A stretch of DNA of 56,924 nucleotides from Paludibacter sp. (GCA_037144275.1 JBAWXD010000001.1:1-56924); one strand, 5' to 3'. Numbered from the stretch's first letter, positions 37,750-47,372 are shown. The notes: a model not told the origin generated them from the letters alone. A program made the numbers and translations.

Positions 37750-38169
37750 ATGAAACTAACAGCACTAATTATTTTGACATTGCTTTTCTGTTTGATATTC
37801 CACAGTTGCAGTCTCGAAAATAAGGTTGAAGTCAAGGTATCATCCAATGACACCATGTTTATTTATGTCAAACAAAAGGTGTTGAACGATAAATACAAGT
37901 TTGTTCTTCAACTCGATTCAATTATCGAAGACTCCAGATGTCCTGAAGGAGCTGAGTGTATATGGGCTGGCAATGCAAAAGCAAAATTCAATCTTACAGA
38001 TGCTGGTAATAATCATCAATTCATTCTGAATACTAATACTGCATTCGGGAGTGATACGATTTTCGGAGAAATCAGATACAAATTAATTAATCTTTTGCCC
38101 TATCCTTCTGTAAATAAACCATTACAATACAGCGGTTATTCTGCGGTTATTACTGTCACCAAGCAGTAA
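37750..38169 (+). CDS. Hypothetical lipoprotein
   Basis: Lipobox FHSC; DSRCPEGAECIWAG motif; LLPYP. Confidence 0.75.
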   Translation: MKLTALIILTLLFCLIFHSCSLENKVEVKVSSNDTMFIYVKQKVLNDKYKFVLQLDSIIEDSRCPEGAECIWAGNAKAKFNLTDAGNNHQFILNTNTAFGSDTIFGEIRYKLINLLPYPSVNKPLQYSGYSAVITVTKQ

Positions 38170-38173
38170 TTAA

Positions 38174-38207
38174 AAAAGCAGCTACCCGTTTCCGTGTAAC
38201 TGCTTTT
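38174..38207. terminator. Bidirectional terminator
   Basis: AAAAGCAGCTAC...GTAACTGCTTTT between convergent genes. Confidence 0.65.
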
Positions 38208-38238
38208 ATTGATTTTGAAAAGCAAAAAATCGTGTGTT

Positions 38239-40398
38239 TTATTCTTCTTCTTTTTTAGTTGCTTCGTATTCTTTAAGCAATTTATCCTGAATATCCATAG
38301 GAACAAGTTCATAGCTTGCAAATTTCATACTGAATGAAGCACGTCCACCTGTAAGTGAGCTCAGCGTGGTGGAATAACTGCCTAATTCTTTCAACGGAAT
38401 TTTTGCTGACAGTTTTTCGTAACCTTTTTCACTTTCCATGCCCATAATAATTGCTCTACGACCTTGTAAATCACTCATTATATCGCCAAGGCGGTCGGAA
38501 GGAGTCTGAACAACCACATCGTAGATTGGCTCAAGCAATTTTGGTCCGGCATCTTTAAAGGCTTGTGAAAATGCATGACGTCCGGCAAGACGGAAGGAAA
38601 TTTCATTGGAATCAACCGGGTGCATTTTTCCGTCGTACACTATTACACGCACATCGCGAGCATACGAACCCGTAAGCGGACCTTGCTCAATACGGTCCAT
38701 AATTCCTTTCAGAATGGCCGGAACAAAACGTGCATCGATAGAACCACCTACAATACTATTAATAAGTACTAATTTACCACCCCAATCGAGGTCAATAACC
38801 TGTGTGTCACGGTTACTTATTTTGAATTCCTGACCATTAAAACGGAACATCTCCGGAGCCGGCATTCCATCATAATAAGGTTCAATAATCATATGAACTT
38901 CACCAAACTGACCCGAACCACCCGATTGTTTTTTGTGACGATAATCGGCACGTGCATTCTTGGTAATGGTTTCACGATAGGGGATTTTTGGTTCCTTATA
39001 TTCAATCATGATTTTATCGTTGTGCTCAACACGCCATTTTAGGGTTCGTAGATGGAATTCTCCCTGACCGTATAAAATTGTTTGTTTCAATTCTTTCGAT
39101 TGTTCTACTACCCAGGTTGGATCTTCTTCGTGCATGCGTGTAAGAATTTCGCTGAGTTTCTCTTCGTCCGATTCTGAAACAGCTCTGATAGCACGGCGAT
39201 ATTTTGGTTCGGGGTATTTGATTTCTTTGAAATCATAATCACAGCCTTTCACATTCAGCGTGTTTCCCGTACGGGTATCTTTCAGTTTTACAGTTGCGCC
39301 AATATCTCCGGCTACAATTTCGTCAACTTTGGTACGGATTTGTCCTGCAACAGAGAAAATCTGACTGACACGCTCTTTCGAACTGCGGTCAACATTCACC
39401 AAATCGTCGCCTTCTTTCAGTTTTCCACTCATTACCTTGAAGTAGGAAACTTCACCGATATGTGGTTCAACACTGGTTTTAAATACATAAATACTGGTAG
39501 GTCCGGTTGCATCGGGAGCGATTTTCACGCCGTCTGCAGTTTGTGGTTGTTCGGTCTGATTCACGCTTGGAGAAACGTTTCCAACAAATTCCATCAAACG
39601 ACGTACGCACATATCTTTTCCGGCACAAACGCAGAAAACAGGGAACATATCGCGGTGAATCAATCCTTTGCGAATTCCTATACGCAATTCATCTTCGGTA
39701 AGTGAACCCTGGTCAAAGAATTTTTCCATAAGTTCTTCATCATGCTCGGCAGCAGCTTCAACCAACACATTGTGCAGGTTTTGTGCTTTTTCAATCTGGT
39801 CGGCAGGAATTTCCAACACGTCAGGAACACCACCTTCGGGTTTCCAACGGTATAATTTCATTTTCAGAACGTCGACTACCGCATTGAATTGTGGACCAAC
39901 ATTCACCGGATATTGAATCTGAACAATTTTGCTGCCATAATTTTCTTTCAGTTGCTCCAATGTTTTGTCAAAATCAGCTTTTTCCTGATCGAGATGATTG
40001 GTAACAAAAATAACCGGTTTTTTAAATTTTTCGGTATAACGGAAGTGGTTGTTGGTTCCAACTTCTACGCCATATTGCGTGTTGAGGAGGATAAGTGCGG
40101 TATCGGTAACGTTGAGTGAAGTTACCACACCACCGATAAAATCGTCGGAACCGGGGCAATCGATAAAATTAAGTTTTTTCTCCATCCATTCAGTCTGGAT
40201 AATGGTTGAAAAAACGGAATAACCGTACTCTTTTTCAACCGGAAAATAATCTGATACAGTGTTTTGAGCGGCAACTGTGCCTCTACGTTTTATAACTCCA
40301 CTCTCGTAAAGCATAGCTTCCACAAGAGTGGTTTTCCCCGAGCCGGAACTACCCAGCAATGAAATGTTTTTAATTTCATTCGATTGATATACTTTCAT
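38239..40398 (-). CDS. fusA2: Elongation factor G paralogue EF-G2
   Basis: Atypical G1 GSSGSGKTTL, DCPG, GEFHL, PYRETI, HKKQSGGSGQFG, HPVDSNE; domain IV insert (PAPEMFRFNGQEFKISNRDTQ). Confidence 0.92.
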   Translation of the reverse strand: MKVYQSNEIKNISLLGSSGSGKTTLVEAMLYESGVIKRRGTVAAQNTVSDYFPVEKEYGYSVFSTIIQTEWMEKKLNFIDCPGSDDFIGGVVTSLNVTDTALILLNTQYGVEVGTNNHFRYTEKFKKPVIFVTNHLDQEKADFDKTLEQLKENYGSKIVQIQYPVNVGPQFNAVVDVLKMKLYRWKPEGGVPDVLEIPADQIEKAQNLHNVLVEAAAEHDEELMEKFFDQGSLTEDELRIGIRKGLIHRDMFPVFCVCAGKDMCVRRLMEFVGNVSPSVNQTEQPQTADGVKIAPDATGPTSIYVFKTSVEPHIGEVSYFKVMSGKLKEGDDLVNVDRSSKERVSQIFSVAGQIRTKVDEIVAGDIGATVKLKDTRTGNTLNVKGCDYDFKEIKYPEPKYRRAIRAVSESDEEKLSEILTRMHEEDPTWVVEQSKELKQTILYGQGEFHLRTLKWRVEHNDKIMIEYKEPKIPYRETITKNARADYRHKKQSGGSGQFGEVHMIIEPYYDGMPAPEMFRFNGQEFKISNRDTQVIDLDWGGKLVLINSIVGGSIDARFVPAILKGIMDRIEQGPLTGSYARDVRVIVYDGKMHPVDSNEISFRLAGRHAFSQAFKDAGPKLLEPIYDVVVQTPSDRLGDIMSDLQGRRAIIMGMESEKGYEKLSAKIPLKELGSYSTTLSSLTGGRASFSMKFASYELVPMDIQDKLLKEYEATKKEEE

Positions 40399-40467
40399 AT
40401 TGTATTAAAATATAAAGGATTGATACTAAAAAAATACTTGTTTTTTAATTTAAAAATCGAATGGCAA

Positions 40468-40494
40468 TGTATGAAATTTGTATGAAATTTGTAT
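40468..40494. repeat. 11-bp tandem direct repeat upstream of fusA2
   Basis: TGTATGAAATT TGTATGAAATT TGTAT. Confidence 0.7.
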
Positions 40495-40504
40495 TTCAGT
40501 ATTG

Positions 40505-40520
40505 TATGTTTTACAACATG
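40505..40520. promoter_or_regulatory. Candidate Cur (BT4338-type CRP-like) binding site upstream of fusA2
   Basis: TATGTT-T-TA-C-AACATG versus consensus TATGTTnTAnAACATA (1 mismatch). Confidence 0.65.
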
Positions 40521-40622
40521 AATTTAAGAAGATAAAAACCAATGGAGGAGTGAACTTACAATAGCAAGTTTGTGTGAAATTACATCAAAAGAGTAGATTT
40601 GATAATCTTCAATGCCCTTTCA

Positions 40623-41861
40623 TCATTTTGGACTTATTAGTTTCTTTGTTTCTTTCCAGAATTCCGGAGATTTTCTGAAAAAATAGAGGCTAGTTAACAA
40701 GCAGATTATCAGCATTACAGCAAATATGGCGAAACTGTTTTCGGAAGTGAAATGTGCAGTGAGTGAGAATAAAAGTGTACCGAGAAGCACAAAAACGAAA
40801 GTAACCAGATTGAGATAAGCTATCATATCACCCAGTTTACGACCGAGATTTGCATTTTGAAGCATCGACATACAGGGAATCTGAAACAATCCGCCCATAA
40901 ATGCAGTAGCAAAAACAGTGAAAACGTAAACACCAAAACTCAATGGTATAAATGTGAGTATGGCAAATGACAGGCTCATTCCCAAAATACCAATCAAAAT
41001 AAGCCCTTTTTTGACATCCTTACCTGAGATTTTACCTGCCGACCACGTACCGAGTGCAATACCAATTGCTGCACATGCCATAACGATACCTGTAGTGCTG
41101 TTTGAAGCCTGATAAACGTGTTTGGTGTGAATGACCAGATTCATTTGCAACATGCCGCCAATAAGCCAGAAAGCCGATGCTCCCAATACTGCGCTGTTCA
41201 CATTGGGATGTTGCCTTGCAAAGCGGTATGAGTTCACGAGAAAGCGCATTGGATTGAGCGTTTCGGCTTCTTCTGTATTTTCTGGAAGTTCAGTTGCGCG
41301 AATGCTTCGGGTTACAATATAACCCAACACAGCTAATCCGATTAATATTCCAAAAACCAACCATTGATTGTAAGCATCGGAAACAAACGAAGCGCAAACA
41401 GAACCAATCAGAATGCCCAAAAAGGCCATCATTTCGAATACGCCGCTACCAAACGAAACTCCTTCAGCACCCCCAATGTCGCGAATGAGGCTGTATTTCG
41501 AGGGTGAATATAAACAGCTCAGAATTCCCATAATCAGCACGGTGAAAACTGCCAGCATTACCCATTGATAATAAAATGCCGCACAAGCAAAGGCCAAAAC
41601 CGGAATCTCGAGCAGTTTACATATTCGGAAAACTTTCTTTTTGGAATAAATGACGGCAAAATGACCACCAAGCGGCGAAAGAAACAAATAAGGAACAATC
41701 AACGAAGCCGATACAAGTGAAATAAGCTGCGATTGCGATAGCCATGCAGGCTTTGACCATGCCACCGCAATAAAGATAATGCAGTTTTTCAGGAAATTAT
41801 CGTTGAAAATCCCCAGAAAGTTACTGACAAACAGCGGTGTCCATTTGCTGCGGAAAAACAT
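40623..41861 (-). CDS. MFS transporter, LplT/Aas-associated lysophospholipid transporter-like
   Basis: FLGIFNDNFLKN, PYLFLSP..G, KLLEI, YSPSKYS: the MFS domain of Aas-type fusions, here stand-alone. Confidence 0.75.
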   Translation of the reverse strand: MFFRSKWTPLFVSNFLGIFNDNFLKNCIIFIAVAWSKPAWLSQSQLISLVSASLIVPYLFLSPLGGHFAVIYSKKKVFRICKLLEIPVLAFACAAFYYQWVMLAVFTVLIMGILSCLYSPSKYSLIRDIGGAEGVSFGSGVFEMMAFLGILIGSVCASFVSDAYNQWLVFGILIGLAVLGYIVTRSIRATELPENTEEAETLNPMRFLVNSYRFARQHPNVNSAVLGASAFWLIGGMLQMNLVIHTKHVYQASNSTTGIVMACAAIGIALGTWSAGKISGKDVKKGLILIGILGMSLSFAILTFIPLSFGVYVFTVFATAFMGGLFQIPCMSMLQNANLGRKLGDMIAYLNLVTFVFVLLGTLLFSLTAHFTSENSFAIFAVMLIICLLTSLYFFRKSPEFWKETKKLISPK

Positions 41862-41870
41862 AATAATTTG

Positions 41871-41957
41871 GCCCTTAACCCCCTAAAGGGGAAAATACTA
41901 TAATTATGAAACTAATAGAAAAAGTCGTTAAGTCCCCTAGTGGTGGATTTAGGGGGC
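41871..41957. repeat. Inverted doublet of family A REP-like repeats
   Basis: GCCCTTAACCCCCTAAAGGGGAAA (41871-41894) and AAGTCCCCTAGTGGTGGATTTAGGGGGC (41930-41957, opposite orientation). Confidence 0.75.
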
Positions 41958-43685
41958 TCAGTATTTTCTCAAGGAGAAAATAAAACTCAATCCGCCACCC
42001 GGAACGGTTTTAGCCGAAATAGTTCCTTTATGGAAAATAATTGCATTTTTCACAATAGCCAATCCTAAACCAGTTCCACCAACTTTGCGACTACGACCTT
42101 TATCCACACGATAAAAACGTTCGAATAGGCGGGCTAAATGTTCTTCGGAAACTCCTACACCATTATCACTGAAAGAGAAATAGACAAAATCTTCATCTTC
42201 GCGGTAACAGTTAATATCTATAGTTATTTTCTCACCTGCATAATTCAACGCATTATCCAACAGGTTTCTGAAAATGGAATATATGAGCGACCGGTTTCCC
42301 TGAATGCTTGTTTCGGATTGAAAGTTGGTCAAAATCGTACATTCTTTTTGTTCGATTTCCAGATGAACATCGTTCAACACATCCTGGATTACCTCCGAAA
42401 TATTGCAGGGTTCTTTATCAAACAACCGTTTGGCTTCGTCCATTTTATTCAGTGTGGAAATATCCTGAAGCAAATCACGTAAACGTTGTGCTTGCTGAAA
42501 CGAGCGCTCTACAAAGAACCGTTGACGCTCGGCGTCCATTTCAGGATTCTCCAGAATGCTTTCCATGTAGCCCAGAATGCTGCTTACCGGAGTTTTCAAC
42601 TCGTGCGAAATGTTTTGTGTCAGGTGTCTTTTAAGTTCGTTTTCGTGTTCCTGAACCGATATGTCGTTAATAGAAATTTCAAATGTTTTATCCTGAAAAA
42701 CAATACACTGTACGGCAAATACCCGACCACCTTTTTCAATGGTGAGCTTTTTACGTTTCATTTCATTGTTTTGCAGACTTTGGTCAATGAACTGATTTAT
42801 TTCTGAAAATTCGGGCAGACTGAAAATTTGATTGGAACTTTCGCTTTGCTGGTCGGAAAGAATATTACTGTACTGAATAAAGTGAGTATTTGCCAGAATT
42901 TCTTTTTTCTCAGTTGAAAAAATAGCCAGTCCTTCCTGTGAGATTTGCAGGTGTTTAATCAGTTTTTCACGCTCTTTGTTCAGTTGTTCCTTGGTTTCCA
43001 ACTGTAATTTATACAGTTTCACTATGTTTTTGCTGATTTCACCAAGCTCGTCGTTTGGGAATTCAATATCCGTATTGAAATACTCTTCCTTCTCTGCTTT
43101 TTGAATGAAAATACGCAGACGATCTATTGATTTGGTGAAATTTCGGGAAATAAAGTATAAAACAAAACCTGCAGCAATCAACACTAAAAGCATGAAATAC
43201 AGGAAGAAAGTATTGGCTTTCAGTGTGTTAATAAGACTCACATTGTATGGCAAAGCACTCCGCACATATCCTTTGGGAAAACGGTGGGCGAGATAATAAT
43301 AATCTTTTCCGGTAGAAACCGAATGGCGGATGGCTTTTCCGTTCGCATTATAATTGGCTAACTGAATTTCAGGGCGGTCGGCATGATTCTCCAGTTTCGT
43401 TCCTTTTTTTACAAACGAATCGAAGGTTACATTGCCGATGGAATCAATTACAGTTACACGCAAGGTACTGTCAGGGAATAATTTGACATAATCTTCCAGC
43501 ATTTCCCAGTTTGGATTACGCTCTTCAATAAACCGGTTGATACTGAAGTTATAAGTCGATAATTGCTGATCGAGTTGATCGGTACGGAATTCCTTTTCCC
43601 GTTCATACTGGAAGAAGCTGATAATGGCAAACATCAAAAAGAAGATGCCAAAGAAATAGAGAAAAACGCGGCGATTTAAAGTCAT
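41958..43685 (-). CDS. phoR: Sensor histidine kinase PhoR-like
   Basis: Two TM helices, ENHADRPEI cache motif, H-box SHELKTP, NLLDNA, FERFYRVDKGRSR..GGTGLGLAIVK. Confidence 0.85.
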   Translation of the reverse strand: MTLNRRVFLYFFGIFFLMFAIISFFQYEREKEFRTDQLDQQLSTYNFSINRFIEERNPNWEMLEDYVKLFPDSTLRVTVIDSIGNVTFDSFVKKGTKLENHADRPEIQLANYNANGKAIRHSVSTGKDYYYLAHRFPKGYVRSALPYNVSLINTLKANTFFLYFMLLVLIAAGFVLYFISRNFTKSIDRLRIFIQKAEKEEYFNTDIEFPNDELGEISKNIVKLYKLQLETKEQLNKEREKLIKHLQISQEGLAIFSTEKKEILANTHFIQYSNILSDQQSESSNQIFSLPEFSEINQFIDQSLQNNEMKRKKLTIEKGGRVFAVQCIVFQDKTFEISINDISVQEHENELKRHLTQNISHELKTPVSSILGYMESILENPEMDAERQRFFVERSFQQAQRLRDLLQDISTLNKMDEAKRLFDKEPCNISEVIQDVLNDVHLEIEQKECTILTNFQSETSIQGNRSLIYSIFRNLLDNALNYAGEKITIDINCYREDEDFVYFSFSDNGVGVSEEHLARLFERFYRVDKGRSRKVGGTGLGLAIVKNAIIFHKGTISAKTVPGGGLSFIFSLRKY

Positions 43686-43687
43686 AA

Positions 43688-43778
43688 GCCCCTAACCCCT
43701 AAAGGGGAATTTTAGTTAGTATTACTTGTTTATTTTTTTTTGCAACCACACCAAAGCCCTCTTTAAGGGGTTGGGGGC
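43688..43778. repeat. Inverted doublet of family A REP-like repeats
   Basis: GCCCCTAACCCCTAAAGGGGAAT (43688-43710) and AAAGCCCTCTTTAAGGGGTTGGGGGC (43753-43778). Confidence 0.8.
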
Positions 43779-43782
43779 ATTT

Positions 43783-44472
43783 TTATTCTTCAAAACAATA
43801 TCCATATCCCAATCGGGTGACGATGTTTTTTCCGTACTGTCCAATTTTTTTGCGCATACGGGTAATATTCACATCGATGGTTCGGTCGAGAACAATTACC
43901 TCGTCGCTCCATACACGGGTAAGCATTTCGTCGCGCGAGAAAACCCGGTTTTTGTTTTCCAGAAAAAGTTTAAGTATTTCGAACTCCTTTTTCGTAAACG
44001 GAACTTCAACTCCCTCAAGAATTACTTTTTTGTTTCCCAAATCCATTTCAAGTGATTCGTAAGTTAGTTTTTGGGGCGCTGTTTCAATTGTTTTTTTATT
44101 ATCCACCCGTCGGATTACTGCTTTGACTCGTGCCAATACTTCACGAATTGAAAAGGGTTTGGAAATATAATCGTCGGCACCAATATTAAAACCAGTCAGT
44201 CGGTCGGTTTCGGAATCTTTTGCAGTAAGGAAAATAACCGGAATAGAGGCTGTTTTAGGGTTTTCGCTCAATATGCGGGCCATTTTAAATCCGGATATTT
44301 CACCCATCATCACATCAAGCAGCATTAAGTTATAGACCGTTAGGTCTTTTTTCATCGCTTCTTCAGCCGAATAAGCCACATCTACTTGATAACCTTCGGT
44401 CTCAAGATTGAACTGCAAAATTTCACACAAATCTTCTTCGTCGTCGACGACTAGAATACGATACGAACTCAT
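43783..44472 (-). CDS. phoB: OmpR/PhoB-family response regulator
   Basis: ILVVDDE, LLDVMM, FLTAK, GADDYISKPFS, winged-helix RTIDVNITRMRKK..GYGY; pst/phoU context. Confidence 0.85.
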   Translation of the reverse strand: MSSYRILVVDDEEDLCEILQFNLETEGYQVDVAYSAEEAMKKDLTVYNLMLLDVMMGEISGFKMARILSENPKTASIPVIFLTAKDSETDRLTGFNIGADDYISKPFSIREVLARVKAVIRRVDNKKTIETAPQKLTYESLEMDLGNKKVILEGVEVPFTKKEFEILKLFLENKNRVFSRDEMLTRVWSDEVIVLDRTIDVNITRMRKKIGQYGKNIVTRLGYGYCFEE

Positions 44473-44479
44473 AATAGTA

Positions 44480-44507
44480 ATAGTTATTAGTTGACAGTTT
44501 ATAGATT
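44480..44507 (-). repeat. 7-bp-period array upstream of the phoB start
   Basis: + strand ATAGTTA TTAGTTG ACAGTTT ATAGATT. Confidence 0.45.
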
Positions 44508-44519
44508 CAAAAACTTATA

Positions 44520-44576
44520 CAAAGTAACAAATCTCTTATTTCGGTTTTGTGTAATAACTGTTACAAAGATATGACA
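44520..44576 (-). promoter_or_regulatory. Pho-box promoter of phoB-phoR
   Basis: Minus-strand units TGTCATA (44576), TGTAACA (44565), TTACACA (44554), CGAAATA (44543); -7 TTACTTTG starts 16 nt after the last unit start (44527). Confidence 0.7.
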
Positions 44577-44606
44577 ATTTTTGAAATCTGTTGTAAATCA
44601 ACAATA

Positions 44607-44651
44607 AAATCACAAAAGAGGCAAATCCTCGATTTGCCTCTTTTGTGATTT
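44607..44651 (-). terminator. Terminator after phoU
   Basis: Perfect 21-bp inverted repeat AAATCACAAAAGAGGCAAATC-ctc-GATTTGCCTCTTTTGTGATTT. Confidence 0.8.
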
Positions 44652-44664
44652 AGGTATAAATTAG

Positions 44665-45330
44665 CTATTCTCTTGGAGAATGTTTCAATACTTTAGCATC
44701 AATGTAGAAGAAAATTTCTTCAGCAATATTGGCACAATGGTCACCAATACGTTCTAATCTTCTGAAAGTGCTGAATAAATGTAGACATTCAAAAGCTCTA
44801 TCAGGATTTTTCTGTATGTAATCAGCCACAATTCTAGCTGCACTTTTATTAATTTCATCCACCTGATAATCTTCACTGAAAATGGCTGATGCAATGTCAG
44901 ATTTCTCATTTTCAAAAGCTTCAAGTCCTTGGGTAAGCATTTTAGTTACCTGATCAATCATGAGTCTTAAGTTCGTTTCAGTTATGATTTCAGCATCTAA
45001 TATTACCGAAGGATTTGCAAGCAAAACACCTGATATCCCATATGCAAAGTCGGCGATACGTTCCAAATTAGAGTTAATCTTCAGTACTGCCAGTACAAAG
45101 CGCAAATCTACTGCAACTGGCTGATAAAGAGCAATAATATTTTCACATAACCGGTCAATTTTAAGTTCATAAGCATCCACTTTTTTCTCACGCATCGAAA
45201 CTTTCTTTGCCAACTCTTTGTCAAAAGTCAAAATAGCTTCTCCCGAATTTGAAACCTGAGAAATTACCAATTTCCACATATCAGTAACATCCTGTTTAAG
45301 AGCTACTAATTCTTGTTCTAAATGTATCAT
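44665..45330 (-). CDS. phoU: Phosphate signalling complex protein PhoU
   Basis: YQPVAVDLR, LERIAD, LERIGDHCANIAE. Confidence 0.95.
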   Translation of the reverse strand: MIHLEQELVALKQDVTDMWKLVISQVSNSGEAILTFDKELAKKVSMREKKVDAYELKIDRLCENIIALYQPVAVDLRFVLAVLKINSNLERIADFAYGISGVLLANPSVILDAEIITETNLRLMIDQVTKMLTQGLEAFENEKSDIASAIFSEDYQVDEINKSAARIVADYIQKNPDRAFECLHLFSTFRRLERIGDHCANIAEEIFFYIDAKVLKHSPRE

Positions 45331-45345
45331 ATATATAAGTCTTAA

Positions 45346-45519
45346 TTATTTTAGTAAGCTTTCTTCTTTTTCTTTAAGTTTTGTGTCGTCTTCAATTTCT
45401 GATTGATTCATAAAATTAACAACATCTTCTTTATCTTTCACATTTCGTTTAATCAGATAAAAAATTAATATTGCAGCGCAGACTAAAACAATAATTAAAA
45501 TAAACCAGTTAGTTTCCAT
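45346..45519 (-). CDS. 57-aa single-pass membrane peptide between pstB and phoU (below the ORF-track cut-off)
   Basis: METNWFILIIVLVCAAILIFYLIKRNVKDKEDVVNFMNQSEIEDDTKLKEKEESLLK*. ATG preceded by an A-rich tract; TM helix followed by a basic KR; stop 15 nt before the phoU ATG. Confidence 0.7.
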   Translation of the reverse strand: METNWFILIIVLVCAAILIFYLIKRNVKDKEDVVNFMNQSEIEDDTKLKEKEESLLK

Positions 45520-45626
45520 TGTATTTATATTTAAATGGTTAATATAATTTTAAGATAAATAGTCCAAATGTCGCTTTTCTTACTTGTTCTCAAAAAACAC
45601 TTTTCCATATTCATTCTCAACTGAAG

Positions 45627-45654
45627 AAAGTCCCCATTTGCCGATTTAGGGGGC
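45627..45654 (-). repeat. Family A REP-like repeat right after the pstB stop
   Basis: Reverse complement GCCCCCTAAATCGGCAAATGGGGACTTT; closely related to 41930-41957. Confidence 0.7.
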
Positions 45655-45655
45655 T

Positions 45656-46408
45656 TTATCCAAACCTACCGGTAACATAATTTTGAGTTGAATGTTCTTT
45701 TGGATTTGTAAAGATAGTGGTTGTTTTGTCAAACTCTATCAACTCACCCAAATAAAAATAAGCCGTTTTATCACTTACACGCGATGCTTGCTGCATATTG
45801 TGCGTTACAATAATAATGGTATAATCTTTTTTCAATTCATGAATCAGGTCTTCAATTTTGGCAGTAGAAATCGGGTCGAGTGCAGAAGCTGGTTCGTCCA
45901 TAAGCACCACTTTGGGTGATATAGCCAACGCACGCGCAATGCAAAGCCGTTGTTGCTGACCGCCCGAAAGTGCAAAAGCTGATTTATTCAGTTTGTCCTT
46001 CACTTCGTCCCACAGTGCCGCCGATTTGATTGACTCAATCACACGCTCTTCGACAAAGGTTTTATCTTTAATTCCATTCACCCGAAGACCATAAGCCACA
46101 TTTTCGAAAATAGATTTTGGAAACGGATTCGGTTTTTGAAACACCATACCCACTTCTTTGCGCAGTTCGTCTACATGTACGCTTGGAGCATAAATATCTT
46201 CGCCATCAATCAACACCGAACCTGTCATCCGGGTTCCCGGAATCAAATCGTTCATCCTGTTAAGCAGGCGGAGGAAAGTTGATTTTCCACAACCGGAAGG
46301 TCCGATCAGTGCCACCACTTCGTTTTTATTCACTTCAAAGTTGATGTTCTTCAGTGCGTGAAACTCACTGTAATAAAAATCAACGTTTTTTGCATCAATA
46401 GTCAGCAT
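45656..46408 (-). CDS. pstB: Phosphate ABC transporter ATPase
   Basis: [37 protein letters not shown], terminal GRFG. Confidence 0.97.
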   Translation of the reverse strand: MLTIDAKNVDFYYSEFHALKNINFEVNKNEVVALIGPSGCGKSTFLRLLNRMNDLIPGTRMTGSVLIDGEDIYAPSVHVDELRKEVGMVFQKPNPFPKSIFENVAYGLRVNGIKDKTFVEERVIESIKSAALWDEVKDKLNKSAFALSGGQQQRLCIARALAISPKVVLMDEPASALDPISTAKIEDLIHELKKDYTIIIVTHNMQQASRVSDKTAYFYLGELIEFDKTTTIFTNPKEHSTQNYVTGRFG

Positions 46409-46413
46409 CTTTT

Positions 46414-46476
46414 TATGTCTAATGTCTGAAGACTAATGTCAAAAGTATTTTGTCCTTTAACCTTTGTCTTTAGACC
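46414..46476. repeat. Nine-unit 7-bp-period array filling the pstA-pstB spacer
   Basis: TATGTCT AATGTCT GAAGACT AATGTCA AAAGTAT TTTGTCC TTTAACC TTTGTCT TTAGACC. Confidence 0.75.
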
Positions 46477-46480
46477 GATT

Positions 46481-47368
46481 TTAATTTGTTTTTACTTTTT
46501 TCGAGAAATAATTCCGTAAGAAATTGGCTAATAAATTTACCAATAACACAATCACAATTAATACCAATGCTGTTCCGTAAGCAATGCCCCGTGAGGCTTC
46601 AATATTGGTTCCACTCGTTGAAATGACATACAGGTGATATGGTAATGCCATTACCTGATTAAAAATACTCGTTGGCAGTTTCGGTAAAAAATAAGCTGCC
46701 ACCGTAAAGAGAATAGGAGCAGTTTCGCCTGACACCCGGCCAATGGACAAAATCAGTCCGGTAATGATATTCGGAAAAGCCATCGGCAAAATTACTTTTT
46801 GAATGGTTTGCAATTTGGTTGCACCTAATGCCAGACTTCCTTCACGATACGATTGTTCAATTGCCTTTAACGATTCTTCAGTTGTTCTGATCACCAAAGG
46901 TAATGAAAGTAATCCTAAGGTCAGCGAACCAGCCAGAATGGAATCACCAAATTTCATGGTGTTTACAAATAAGGCCATCCCGAAAAGACCGAAAACAACT
47001 GATGGCACGCCGCTCAGGTTATTGGTCATAATGCGAATAAATGTTGCTATTTTGCTTCCAGCGGCATATTCATTCATATAAATGCCGGACATAATACCAA
47101 TAGGAAAACTAAAGATACTACTTCCGACAACTAAACACATTGTTCCGACAATGGCAGGAAAAATTCCTCCTTTGGTCATTCCGTCTTCAGGTGCTTTGGT
47201 CAAAAAGTCCCAACTGATTACGCCAATTCCACGTATTACTATAAATCCGAGAATTATGAATAAAATAGCAACCACCGAATAGCTCATCAACTTGAAAATA
47301 GTGAATGCAATGGCTTGCGATCTACGCTTTTTTCGGTCGGTATTTTTGGCTTGTATTACTGGTGTCAT
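46481..47368 (-). CDS. pstA: Phosphate ABC transporter permease PstA
   Basis: GGIFPAIVGT, GVPSVVFGLFG, REGSLALGAT, RVSGETAP. Confidence 0.95.
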   Translation of the reverse strand: MTPVIQAKNTDRKKRRSQAIAFTIFKLMSYSVVAILFIILGFIVIRGIGVISWDFLTKAPEDGMTKGGIFPAIVGTMCLVVGSSIFSFPIGIMSGIYMNEYAAGSKIATFIRIMTNNLSGVPSVVFGLFGMALFVNTMKFGDSILAGSLTLGLLSLPLVIRTTEESLKAIEQSYREGSLALGATKLQTIQKVILPMAFPNIITGLILSIGRVSGETAPILFTVAAYFLPKLPTSIFNQVMALPYHLYVISTSGTNIEASRGIAYGTALVLIVIVLLVNLLANFLRNYFSKKVKTN

Positions 47369-47372
47369 TTTT

